From an uncultured Gammaproteobacteria bacterium (GTDB taxonomy: Bacteria > Patescibacteriota > Patescibacteriia > VMEV01 > CAYQCH01): a DNA stretch of 64,000 nt. Shown in pieces: positions 52,924-61,949 of this stretch. The DNA lies in assembly GCA_964503955.1 (NCBI GenBank), contig CAZDCG010000001.1, forward strand, positions 173,804 to 237,803, given 5' to 3'. A model generated the notes under the pieces. It saw only the letters and a list, made by a program, of their open reading frames with translations, was not told the DNA's origin and did not search any database. The stretch's first letter is position 1, and every line of letters starts with the position of its first letter. The position numbers and the translations under genes were made by a program.

Positions 52924-53568
52924 ATGCCTATGCTAAAGGAACATGCATCAAAACACCGTGGCAAGCTGCTCTTAGCGGCTATTGTCGTCCTGGCCGCAGG
53001 TTCAGGCTTGTTTGCCAGCAACTATTTCTCCGAGAAAAAAAATGAGCAGGTTTTTTGCACGCTCGAGGCAAAACTTTGTCCAGATGGGACAATGGTCGGC
53101 AGAACCGGGCCAAATTGCGAATTTGCAGAATGCCCAAGTACATCTATCCCACAAGGGTGGAAGACCATGACGGACGAACAATCCGGCCTCACCTTCTCGT
53201 ATCCGGAAACCCTTGAAACGACCTATATCAGCACCACGGACTGGCCTCCAAGCATTTTTGTTGTGAATGAACCGTTCTCATGTGTTGAAGCAGGATCCCC
53301 TATTGATCGTGCCGGCGAGACACGCCAACGTGAAATAAACGGACATATCTATTGCGTGACAACCATCATGGAAGGAGCGGCAGGAAGCACCTATACGCAA
53401 TACGCCTATGTCACCGAAATCGATGGCAAGGTTATTTCGCTGACATTCTCTCTACGTATGGTTCAATGCATGAATTACGATGATCCGCAGCAAACCGAAT
53501 GCCTCAATGAACGGGAAACGTTCAATGTAGATCCGATTATCCATCAAATTGCGCAAAGCGTTAGATAA
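52924..53568 (+). CDS. hypothetical membrane-anchored or secreted Cys-containing protein
   Basis: It has an N-terminal anchor (LLLAAIVVLAAGSGLFA) and paired cysteines (CTLEAKLCPDG...CEFAECP). Confidence 0.5.
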   Translation: MPMLKEHASKHRGKLLLAAIVVLAAGSGLFASNYFSEKKNEQVFCTLEAKLCPDGTMVGRTGPNCEFAECPSTSIPQGWKTMTDEQSGLTFSYPETLETTYISTTDWPPSIFVVNEPFSCVEAGSPIDRAGETRQREINGHIYCVTTIMEGAAGSTYTQYAYVTEIDGKVISLTFSLRMVQCMNYDDPQQTECLNERETFNVDPIIHQIAQSVR

Positions 53569-53634
53569 CAGCAGAATAGGCCCGGATTGCCAATGAAAGG
53601 CTTCTGGGCTATTCTTTGTATAACCTAATAACCC

Positions 53635-53651
53635 ATACCCCCTTAGGGTAT
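53635..53651 (+). promoter_or_regulatory. candidate CsoR operator ATACCCCC-TTA-GGGTAT
   Basis: This GC-tract palindrome of the ATACCC...GGGTAT type lies 9 nt upstream of the csoR start. It matches the architecture of known CsoR operators. Confidence 0.55.
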
Positions 53652-53659
53652 ACACACCT

Positions 53660-53932
53660 ATGCTGCCGGAGATCAAAAAAGACGCGGTTCGCCGCATGAA
53701 AATCATTCAGGGACAGGTGAACAAAATCCAGTCCATGATTGAGGACGGAGCTTACTGCCCAGACATCATGACGCAGTCATTAGCGGTGCAAAACGGACTG
53801 AAACAAGTGGAGGCCAAGCTGCTTGAAGGTCACCTGAAAACATGCGTTAAACACCAGATGACTGAAGGGAAAACCAATAAAGCTGTTGAGGAACTCTTGA
53901 AAATCTTCAAGCTTTCAAAGAAAAATAAGTAA
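53660..53932 (+). CDS. csoR: CsoR family copper-sensing transcriptional repressor
   Basis: The 90-aa ORF has the DUF156 fold, with the x-Y-C-x...H...C signature residues (AYCPDIMTQSLAVQ...HLKTCVKH). Confidence 0.8.
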   Translation: MLPEIKKDAVRRMKIIQGQVNKIQSMIEDGAYCPDIMTQSLAVQNGLKQVEAKLLEGHLKTCVKHQMTEGKTNKAVEELLKIFKLSKKNK

Positions 53933-53936
53933 TACT

Positions 53937-55376
53937 ATGAACGCACAACCGGGCGAAAAGAAACCAAAGGAGAACATTTTCTACATCCGCGGAATGCATT
54001 GTTCATCGTGCGAGATTCTCATTGAGAAGAAACTGCTGAAGCAACCTCAAATCCTGGCGGCAGATGTTTCTCTTGGAAAGAGAAGCGCCAGGGTATCTGT
54101 CGAACGGGGGAAATTCATCGACACCAACGAGCTAAACCGAATCTTTGCTGAAGACGGATATAAATTTTCAAAGCAGCCGTTCGCAGATGACCGCCCCCCT
54201 CTCTTCTCCTATACAGACGGAAAGCTTGTCATCAATAAGCAAAAGTTTAACTCCCTGATGAAAATACTCCTTGTCTTCACATCATTTCTTTTTGTCTTTT
54301 TTTCCCTTGAACGGATGCAGCTGGGCCGTTTCATTACTGTCGACACCTCCTCATCCCTGGTTGCTTTCTTCCTGCTCGGACTTATAGCAGGACTCTCAAG
54401 CTGCGCCGCACTGATTGGTGGGATCTTGCTTTCGTTGACCAAACATTGGAATGAGCTGGCCATAGCGAGCGACGGCAAACAAAAGCGTAAAACCCCTCAC
54501 CTCCTTTTCCACGTCGGAAGAATTGCCTCATTCTTTCTTCTGGGCGGATTGCTAGGCATGCTCGGAGACACCATCTCTTTGAACAATACTGTTGTTTACG
54601 GCTCCCTCGTCACCATCATTTCACTTGTCATGTTTCTTCTTGCTCTGCAGATGTTAGGCGTATCTTGGGCTCAGCGAATGAAATTTTCCGCACCTAAATT
54701 CATTACTCGCTTCGCGGCTGACGAAACATCGTTTTCGGGTAAACAGATGCCCTTCCTCACTGGAGCGCTGACCTTTTTTCTGCCCTGCGGATTTACGTTG
54801 ATCGCCCAAGGTGTCGCACTGACTACAGGAAGTTTTTTTCAGGGAGCAGCGATCATGTTGTTTTTCGCTCTGGGAACATTGCCATTGCTTGCTAGTATCA
54901 GCTTGACCGGACTCACCTTCACCAAGCGTCCCCACCTGACAGCAAACTTCACGCGCGTGGCAGGACTCCTGATATTGTTCTTCGCCCTTTACAACATCAA
55001 CGGACAGCTTAATGTTCTGGGCCTCCCAAGCCTTAGTGACTTGAATCTCTCAAGCTCCTTCAAACCAGCGAAACCTGATCCTCGCTTGGCAGCGAACCCG
55101 GGAGAACAGCAAGAAATCAACATCATCGCAGAGGGATTTGACTATACTGCCAATGGGCCGACCGTACTTGCCGCAGGCGTCCCCACAACACTCATCGTAG
55201 AAAACCGAGGCGTGCTTGGCTGCGCGGCATACATGGCATCAAGAGGCCTCATCGACAGCTTCGTTCAGCTGCAAACAGGAGTGAATAAAATTGACCTGGG
55301 CACCCCAAAGCCCGGCACGTACAAGATTACCTGCTCGATGGGCATGGTGGCACCTGTTGCCGTTACCTTTAACTAA
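53937..55376 (+). CDS. heavy-metal-associated (HMA) domain fused to a TauE/SafE-DsbD-like permease, with a C-terminal cupredoxin-like domain
   Basis: The N-terminus has GMHCSSCE. Six or more transmembrane helices follow. The C-terminus carries TTLIVENRG...TYKITCSMGM. Confidence 0.65.
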   Translation: MNAQPGEKKPKENIFYIRGMHCSSCEILIEKKLLKQPQILAADVSLGKRSARVSVERGKFIDTNELNRIFAEDGYKFSKQPFADDRPPLFSYTDGKLVINKQKFNSLMKILLVFTSFLFVFFSLERMQLGRFITVDTSSSLVAFFLLGLIAGLSSCAALIGGILLSLTKHWNELAIASDGKQKRKTPHLLFHVGRIASFFLLGGLLGMLGDTISLNNTVVYGSLVTIISLVMFLLALQMLGVSWAQRMKFSAPKFITRFAADETSFSGKQMPFLTGALTFFLPCGFTLIAQGVALTTGSFFQGAAIMLFFALGTLPLLASISLTGLTFTKRPHLTANFTRVAGLLILFFALYNINGQLNVLGLPSLSDLNLSSSFKPAKPDPRLAANPGEQQEINIIAEGFDYTANGPTVLAAGVPTTLIVENRGVLGCAAYMASRGLIDSFVQLQTGVNKIDLGTPKPGTYKITCSMGMVAPVAVTFN

Positions 55377-55381
55377 ACTCT

Positions 55382-55597
55382 ATGAAAACACTCCAGATTA
55401 AAGGGATGCATTGCGCCTCCTGTGTTTCACTGATCAAAATGGAATTGGACGAGACCGGATTTTCTCCTCTCCTGCTCGAGTTAAAGCCAACCGGCAACAA
55501 CGAAGGCATTCTCGAGCTCAAGGAAACAACTACGGATAATCAGCTACAAGAAATACGCGATCTCATCAACGCAATGGAGAACTACTCCGTCATGTAA
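55382..55597 (+). CDS. copZ: copper chaperone CopZ-like HMA protein
   Basis: The 71-aa ORF has GMHCASCV. Confidence 0.8.
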   Translation: MKTLQIKGMHCASCVSLIKMELDETGFSPLLLELKPTGNNEGILELKETTTDNQLQEIRDLINAMENYSVM

Positions 55598-55607
55598 ATC
55601 AATCCCT

Positions 55608-58037
55608 ATGAAAAAAGAAACTTACCCTGTTATGGGCATGCATTGCGCCTCCTGCAAGCAGCTCATAGAAAAGATGATCGGCAAAATAGACGGCGTGAAA
55701 TCTGTCACTGTTAATTACGCGAACGAAAAGATTTTTGTTGAGTACGATGAAACGAAAGTTTCTCTTCAAGACCTTGAAGGGGCAGTAAAAAAAGCTGGAG
55801 ATTACAAGCTGATCGCCAACTCTGCACAGCAGCCAAAAATGGATCATGCCGGAATGGGAGACCATGATCACGCCGCAATGCTCAAGAAAGAAGAATATAA
55901 AAAACTGAAGCGCATCGTTTTCTGGGTTGGCATCGGCTCTGTCCCCTTTGCTCTGTTCATGATCCGCATGGTTCTTATTTCAGCCGGCATGATGGAACCT
56001 GATCATGAACCGCTGGGAATGATTGTTTTTAGCGGTCTTGATTATACGGTGAATACATTTTTCCTCCTCCAATTTTTGCTCGCAACCCCGATCCTTTTCA
56101 TCGGTGGTCGCCAGTTCTTTTCAAGCACCTGGAGCGCGCTGAAGGCCGGCGCGGCAAATATGGACACGCTCATTGCGCTTGGTACATTCACGGCCTGGCT
56201 CTTCTCAGCGGTGGTAACCTTTGCGCCGCGCGTATTCGGGGATCTTGAAGTTGATGTCTTCTACGAAGCCGCTGTTTTCATCGCCTTCTTCATTCTGCTT
56301 GGCCGGCTTCTGGAAGCCCGTGCCAAAAGCCAGGCAAGCGATGCCATCAAAAAGCTGCTTGAGCTGCAGGCAAAAGACGCCGCCATACTTCGCGACGGAC
56401 AAGAAATCAGAATCCCGATTGATCAAGTGCAAAAAGGAGATATCATCATCGTGCGCCCGGGAGAGAAAGTTCCGGTAGACGGTGTGATCACAAAAGGATC
56501 AAGCACATTGGATGAATCAATGGTCACCGGCGAATCGTTGCCTGTCGAAAAGAAAGAGGGAGATGCCGTTGTCGGCGCGACGATGAATAAAACCGGTTCT
56601 TTTCAATTCCGTGCCGACAAAGTAGGCAAAGAAACCATGCTGGCGAACATCATAAAAATGGTTGAAGAAGCACAAGGCACCACCGCGCCAATCCAAAAGC
56701 GCGCTGATGTTATTTCTTCCATCTTTGTTCCGGCGGTGATTGTGATCGCGGCGGCGGCATTCTTCTTCTGGCTATTTGCAGCTCCCAAGCTAGAATTGGT
56801 TGACCCTCAATCTTCATTTCTGCAGCTTTCCGTTTTTATCGCGGCGACCATACTGATTATTGCGTGCCCATGCGCCCTTGGACTAGCAACTCCCACGGCA
56901 GTTATGGTGGGAACCGGCAAAGCGGCGCGAAAAGGGATCTTGATCAAAAACGCCGAAAGCCTTGAACGTGCTCAGGAGATCCACACAATTGTTTTCGACA
57001 AAACCGGGACGCTTACCAAAGGAAAACCGCAGGTAACAGATTTCTTCATAGCAGACGGAATGGATCAAGAGGAACTCCTTTCGATGGCTTACGCGATTGA
57101 GCATCCATCAGAACACCCGTTATCAGACGCGGTGGCTGATTACGCGGCTGAGAAGATCTCAGAAAGGCCACAGGCTGATACGTTCACCGTGATAGAAGGC
57201 CGTGGCGTAAGCGGAAGCCTCTCCGGAAAAGAAGTCTTGATCGGCAATAAGCTGCTGTTCACGGAAAAGCAAGTCAGCTGGAATAACGAACTCCTGAAAA
57301 AATCTGAACCGCTAAGTACCACGGGGAAAACCGTGGTCTACATGTCGATCAATGGAAAACACGCCGCCACATTCGCTCTTGCGGACGTGGTTAAAGAAGA
57401 GTCAAAACTTGCCGTGAATAAATTGCAAAGACTTGGCATTCGTGTTGCCATGATGACCGGTGACAACCGTCAAACAGCCGAGGCGATCGCAAAACAGCTG
57501 GGCATCACAACTGTTCTGGCGGAGGTCTTACCGCAGGATAAAGCTCATGAAATCAAAAAATTACAGAAGCAGAACCCCGGTGAAGTTATCGCCATGGTTG
57601 GAGATGGGATCAACGACGCACCGGCTTTAGCACAGGCCGATATCGGCATTGCAATGGGAACAGGCACGGACGTCGCCATTGAATCGGGAGATATCGTGTT
57701 GGTCAAAGGAACGCTAGATAAAGTAGTTGAGACGATTGAGCTGTCACGCCTCAGCCTTGGGGTCATTAAAGAAAACCTGCTATGGGCTTTCGGTTATAAT
57801 ATCATTGCCATTCCAGTAGCCGCCGGCCTCCTGTACCCCGCTTTTGGCTTGTTACTCTCTCCAGTGATCGCAAGCGCAGCCATGGCCTTCAGCTCGATCT
57901 CTGTCGTCTTAAACAGCATTCGCCTGAAATCACTGACGGTGCAAAACAAACAGAAATCCGATATGCTCTTCATAGCCTTCATATTCCTTTTCATTCTGCT
58001 CGTAACCTGGATTGGATTTTCACTAGCCACGATCTAA
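55608..58037 (+). CDS. copA: copper-translocating P1B-type ATPase
   Basis: It has an N-terminal HMA (GMHCASCK), the CPC transmembrane motif, [15 protein letters not shown] and 8 transmembrane helices. It is 809 aa. Confidence 0.92.
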   Translation: MKKETYPVMGMHCASCKQLIEKMIGKIDGVKSVTVNYANEKIFVEYDETKVSLQDLEGAVKKAGDYKLIANSAQQPKMDHAGMGDHDHAAMLKKEEYKKLKRIVFWVGIGSVPFALFMIRMVLISAGMMEPDHEPLGMIVFSGLDYTVNTFFLLQFLLATPILFIGGRQFFSSTWSALKAGAANMDTLIALGTFTAWLFSAVVTFAPRVFGDLEVDVFYEAAVFIAFFILLGRLLEARAKSQASDAIKKLLELQAKDAAILRDGQEIRIPIDQVQKGDIIIVRPGEKVPVDGVITKGSSTLDESMVTGESLPVEKKEGDAVVGATMNKTGSFQFRADKVGKETMLANIIKMVEEAQGTTAPIQKRADVISSIFVPAVIVIAAAAFFFWLFAAPKLELVDPQSSFLQLSVFIAATILIIACPCALGLATPTAVMVGTGKAARKGILIKNAESLERAQEIHTIVFDKTGTLTKGKPQVTDFFIADGMDQEELLSMAYAIEHPSEHPLSDAVADYAAEKISERPQADTFTVIEGRGVSGSLSGKEVLIGNKLLFTEKQVSWNNELLKKSEPLSTTGKTVVYMSINGKHAATFALADVVKEESKLAVNKLQRLGIRVAMMTGDNRQTAEAIAKQLGITTVLAEVLPQDKAHEIKKLQKQNPGEVIAMVGDGINDAPALAQADIGIAMGTGTDVAIESGDIVLVKGTLDKVVETIELSRLSLGVIKENLLWAFGYNIIAIPVAAGLLYPAFGLLLSPVIASAAMAFSSISVVLNSIRLKSLTVQNKQKSDMLFIAFIFLFILLVTWIGFSLATI

Positions 58038-58043
58038 ACCACT

Positions 58044-58709
58044 ATGAACTTACAGAAGAAACTCTTGCTCATCCTCGCGATTTTTGTCACCTTCATGGCG
58101 GGAAGCATTACAGCCCTGTACGCGACAAAGGCCAAAATCGCCCGACTCCCTGAACCCGCATTCCATGAACACGCCGATTTCGCTCTATTCATAAACGGCG
58201 AGCGATTCGATTTCGCCAAAGGCGAGTATATGTCGACCGAGCCGTGCAAAATCACTCGTTCCTTCATCCCCACTGCTCAGGCTCACGAAGGTGACCGCAG
58301 TCAAGATGTGCATTTGCACAATCGTAACGGTTCAATCGTGCACGTCCACGCGCCGAGTATTACATGGCATAACTTCTTCGATTCTTTGAACATGTCTTTC
58401 CAGGACGATGAATTTGTCACAGACCAGGGACTCGCTTATAAACCTGCTTCAGAGAAAAGTTTCATCTTCCTCGTAAACGGAGAAGAAGTAGAAACTCTTG
58501 CCCAGCGAGAAATTCGGAACCTGGATCAGGTGCTCATCAGCATTTCAGATACCCCTCAGCTTCCTGAACAGATCGCTCTGCAATGGGCTCAGGTCGGGAA
58601 TGACGCTTGCTTATATTCTGAATCCTGTCCCCACCGAGGCGTCGCACCTGTCGAAGCATGCGGCACTTCTTATCAACAACCATCTCTCATCAGATGGCTG
58701 GGACTGTAA
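58044..58709 (+). CDS. hypothetical His-rich membrane-anchored protein in the cop operon
   Basis: It has an N-terminal transmembrane helix and His clusters (PAFHEHADF, HEGDRSQDVHLHNRNGSIVHVHAP). Its start is 7 nt after the copA stop. Confidence 0.5.
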   Translation: MNLQKKLLLILAIFVTFMAGSITALYATKAKIARLPEPAFHEHADFALFINGERFDFAKGEYMSTEPCKITRSFIPTAQAHEGDRSQDVHLHNRNGSIVHVHAPSITWHNFFDSLNMSFQDDEFVTDQGLAYKPASEKSFIFLVNGEEVETLAQREIRNLDQVLISISDTPQLPEQIALQWAQVGNDACLYSESCPHRGVAPVEACGTSYQQPSLIRWLGL

Positions 58710-58786
58710 AAAATCGCTTTAACTTGCTTTTATTTCGCAAATAGCTCAATCTGACAAGTTCTAATCGTAAGGAGCATTCAATACGT

Positions 58787-59230
58787 ATGGGAAATGACTA
58801 TCGGGAAAAGAAAAAGGGCGGATGGAAAGGACGGACAAAGTTCGGTGGAAACCGTTCATGGAAACCGGGGAGAAACAGCGGCCGACCTGAGCGCGCTTCG
58901 GTGCACCAAGCCGTTTGTGACACATGTGGTAAAGATTGCGATGTACCTTTCAAGCCAACTGGAAGCAAACCGGTTCTCTGCAGAGAGTGTTTTCGAAAAG
59001 AGGGCGGTTCAAGACAGTTCGGCGGAAATTCCTACGGACATCGTGATGACAGACGGCAAGCCGGCGGGCATGACCGAGGCAACAGCAAAACCAATGAACA
59101 GTTCAAAATGATCAATGCGAAGCTTGACGCCATCATCGACGCTTTGGCGGCACAAGGGATGATGTCAGATCAAGGAAAAAGCGAAACTCCCAAGAAAAAG
59201 TTCTGGGGAAGAAAAAAAGTTACGTTCTAA
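58787..59230 (+). CDS. hypothetical Arg/Gly-rich zinc-ribbon protein
   Basis: CDTCGKDCDVPFKPTGSKPVLCRECF (CxxC...CxxC), flanked by RGG-like basic low-complexity sequence. Confidence 0.5.
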   Translation: MGNDYREKKKGGWKGRTKFGGNRSWKPGRNSGRPERASVHQAVCDTCGKDCDVPFKPTGSKPVLCRECFRKEGGSRQFGGNSYGHRDDRRQAGGHDRGNSKTNEQFKMINAKLDAIIDALAAQGMMSDQGKSETPKKKFWGRKKVTF

Positions 59231-59237
59231 GACAATA

Positions 59238-59268
59238 AAACGCGCCGGAAATTCCGGCGCGTTTTTTC
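59238..59268 (+). terminator. Rho-independent terminator
   Basis: aaaacgcgccgg aaatt ccggcgcgtttttt. Confidence 0.75.
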
Positions 59269-59323
59269 ATTCTCGCTTTTTTCCTTCTGCGTTACAGTAC
59301 TACTTCATATAAGAATTCCGTCG

Positions 59324-59581
59324 GGCGGGGGCTCCGTCCCCGCCACGCACAGACGCCCCTCACCGAATTTTTGACTGCTCCAGATCAATCCAGTCCCCCT
59401 TTTCTAGGGGGAAGAACATTCTTCATTGCCTGTCCGGCTCCCCCTCTCTTTTGAAGAGAGGGGCTGGGGGTGAGATCATCATTTAGCAGAGATAACTCAT
59501 CAAATTTTAAGAGGCTCGGAGAACCAAGGACCGAAGTCCAAAGGTTTTCCGAGCCTCAAGCTCGCCCGCCTCTGGCGAGGC
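59324..59581. repeat. cluster of five GC-rich hairpins in a non-coding stretch
   Basis: The hairpins are ggcgggg-gctccgt-ccccgcc, ccccc-ttttcta-ggggg, cccctctctt-ttg-aagagagggg, gaggctcgga-27nt-tccgagcctc and gcctc-tggc-gaggc. Confidence 0.5.
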
Positions 59582-59591
59582 CTAGTACCGA

Positions 59592-59840
59592 TCACTCCCC
59601 GGCGAAAGCGGGAACCGCGTCGTCCCTGCCCCGATCGTCGACGCAGTGCTGGTCCAGGCTGATCTGCCCGCCGTGCTGATAGAAGTCGACGAACGGAACG
59701 AACGGCGAAGCCGGATTGCCGCACTCGTAGCCAGCAGCCCACACGTAGGGGACGGTCTGGCCATCCATCGCCTTCACCCACGTCGGGTGATGCGCGGCAG
59801 CCGCGAGGATGCCGGCATGCGGCGACTTCTTTGGGATCAC
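59592..59840 (-). pseudogene. high-GC (about 63%) fragment of a foreign ORF (C-terminal roughly 80 aa; GTG at the boundary, no plausible full-length start)
   Basis: ...PYVWAAGYECGNPASPFVPFVDFYQHGGQISLDQHCVDD... GC3 is very high. The ORF opens exactly at the GC/AT boundary at 59846. Codon usage matches the 9.2-11.4 kb island. Confidence 0.4.
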
Positions 59841-59913
59841 GGACGTCTTCCGGCTGGAGTTTTAGCTAAAATTAGATAAAAACCACCATATCTCTCCCGA
59901 GCGCCAGCCAAGG

Positions 59914-59933
59914 CCTGCCTGCCGGCAGGCAGG
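59914..59933. repeat. perfect 20-nt palindrome cctgcctgccggcaggcagg
   Basis: Seen directly in the sequence. Confidence 0.6.
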
Positions 59934-60115
59934 ATCTTATCTCTAGGGATATGCTAAGTCGGATTATCCCGAGAGGTGAGATCCCTCCATTCCGCGGAGT
60001 TTACCCTGAGCGTCAGCCGAATGGGCTCCAGTCGGGATGACCATGCGAGCCCAAGACTTCATTCCCGTTCTTTCAAATTGTGCGAACAGGCTGAAACCGT
60101 TAAACTGCCTAATAT

Positions 60116-60493
60116 ATGACTATCTCAAAAAAGCCTCTCATTCTCGGTTTCATCACCGGTGTCGTACTCGTCTTTGTTTCAACCCTTGGTCTTGTTATCG
60201 GTTTGGTTGAATTTCTCCAGCCTTTGCTCTCGCCTGGCACGGAGCTTCTGCGAGGCAGAGCAGAAAATCTGCCGGTTAATCCGCTCCTGCTCGGACTTTT
60301 ACTTAACGGTTTGATTTACATGGTTCTGTTTGGCCTCATTTCCCTTGCCAAACAGCTTAAAGAGAGGTGGATGCGCGTAACAGCAATCGTCCTCATCTTC
60401 ATTGTGTTCATCTTTGCAACCGGCATGACAAACCATATCATGGCCTCCATTGCTTCACCGGATAAATCCTTCATCTTTGGGGTCGGCGCTTAA
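60116..60493 (+). CDS. hypothetical membrane protein
   Basis: The 125-aa ORF has 3-4 transmembrane helices. Confidence 0.5.
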   Translation: MTISKKPLILGFITGVVLVFVSTLGLVIGLVEFLQPLLSPGTELLRGRAENLPVNPLLLGLLLNGLIYMVLFGLISLAKQLKERWMRVTAIVLIFIVFIFATGMTNHIMASIASPDKSFIFGVGA

Positions 60494-60504
60494 ATGACAC
60501 CATA

Positions 60505-60535
60505 AACAAAGCACGCTTTTTTAAGAGCGTGCTTT
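60505..60535. terminator. bidirectional terminator
   Basis: aaagcacgc ttttttaag agcgtgcttt. Confidence 0.6.
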
Positions 60536-60539
60536 ATTA

Positions 60540-61298
60540 TTATGATTGTTTTTCATGCTGGTCGCAGTAGTACGCGATCGCATCTTTCATGAACTGCGCA
60601 AGTCCCGGCTTGAACTTTTCATAGTAGGCCGTAAAGCGAGGATCGCCGACATACATTTCTCCAAGATTGCGGAACATCTTCACATCGCAATCGTAAAAGA
60701 AGTTGATTCCCTCGTGAGATTTGGCAATCAGCGCTTGAACATCTGGATGCTCAATGCCTTTTTCCATATTGTCTGCAATTGCTTGCGTATGCGCCTCCCC
60801 GTCTTTTTTTAGCTGCTCCATATCTTTCTTTGTCATTTTGCCGACGCGCTCCATGCTTTGCTTATAGGCGTCGGTATTGCCCCAGCGCTGCTTTGCTTCT
60901 TCCTGATACTGTTTTACGTCGTCGTCTTTGAATGGATCATAAAGTTCTTCACCATTCATTGCTTGTTGATTGTTCATAGATATTATTGTTTTATCAATCG
61001 TCTTCATCAACCGATCCAGACGATTGCGTTTTAATCGCAAGAGATTCTTTTGATCCCGAAGGATCTGTGTTTTGTCAGCCGCAGGATTATTGATAATGCG
61101 CTTGATTTCATCAAGCGGAAAATCAAGTTCGCGAAAGAACAGAATCTGCTGCAAACGCAGCAATTCATCTTGTTCGTAATAGCGGTAGCCATTCTTTGCC
61201 ACAAGCGAGGGCTTGAGCAAGCCGATCTCGTCGTAGTAATGAAGCGTGCGCACGCTGATATTGGCCAGTCTGGCTAATTGGCTGATGGTATACGGCAT
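60540..61298 (-). CDS. MerR family regulator with TipAS antibiotic-recognition domain (TipAL/Mta-like)
   Basis: The N-terminal HTH is YTISQLARLANISVRTLHYYDEIGLL. The C-terminal TipAS-type helical domain includes WGNTDAYKQS. Confidence 0.85.
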   Translation of the reverse strand: MPYTISQLARLANISVRTLHYYDEIGLLKPSLVAKNGYRYYEQDELLRLQQILFFRELDFPLDEIKRIINNPAADKTQILRDQKNLLRLKRNRLDRLMKTIDKTIISMNNQQAMNGEELYDPFKDDDVKQYQEEAKQRWGNTDAYKQSMERVGKMTKKDMEQLKKDGEAHTQAIADNMEKGIEHPDVQALIAKSHEGINFFYDCDVKMFRNLGEMYVGDPRFTAYYEKFKPGLAQFMKDAIAYYCDQHEKQS

Positions 61299-61442
61299 AG
61301 GGTCTCAGGTTGTAAGTTGCAGGTTGCTGGTCGTAGAAACACATTCCTATGACCATGAACGACAACATACAACTGTTCTCGTAGCTACTGAATACCATAG
61401 TAAACTATAACGCAACGTAAGGGTCAAGTGCTCAATTTCCCT

Positions 61443-61820
61443 TTATTTTTCAGCTTTATAGTCATAGTTTCCAAGAAGGAATCCCGCAAATATGCTTTCT
61501 ACCAAAAAATCGAACCAGAACATGTATGAAGTTCCACCTTGCAATAAATAAACAAGATCAACCGCCGCCAGACCCGCCGCGATCGCAGCCGCAAGGAACA
61601 CCACGTTTGAGCGCGGTTGTGTATTTTTTATCTCCACGAGGAAAAACAGTCCCAAGAAGAAAAAGAGAACCGCATTTGCTTGCGTTTTAAACGGATCAGC
61701 AGGATTGCGAGAAAACGCAACAAAACTGTTCAAATCCACAATCCCCCAAAGACCAGTGAATGTGTAGAATACCCCCTGCAGACCAAGAGCCGCCCGGATG
61801 ATTCTCCATTTGTTGGACAT
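61443..61820 (-). CDS. hypothetical membrane protein
   Basis: The 125-aa ORF has 4 transmembrane helices. Confidence 0.5.
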   Translation of the reverse strand: MSNKWRIIRAALGLQGVFYTFTGLWGIVDLNSFVAFSRNPADPFKTQANAVLFFFLGLFFLVEIKNTQPRSNVVFLAAAIAAGLAAVDLVYLLQGGTSYMFWFDFLVESIFAGFLLGNYDYKAEK

Positions 61821-61949
61821 ATGAAGATAATACAGAAAAATGAAAGGATACTCACATTCTGTATTCCCGCTTGAAGAATTGCCGATTTTCTGGTATTCTT
61901 CTCTCCAACCCTAACCATGAGCTCGCATGCATGCGGGCTCTTTGTATCC

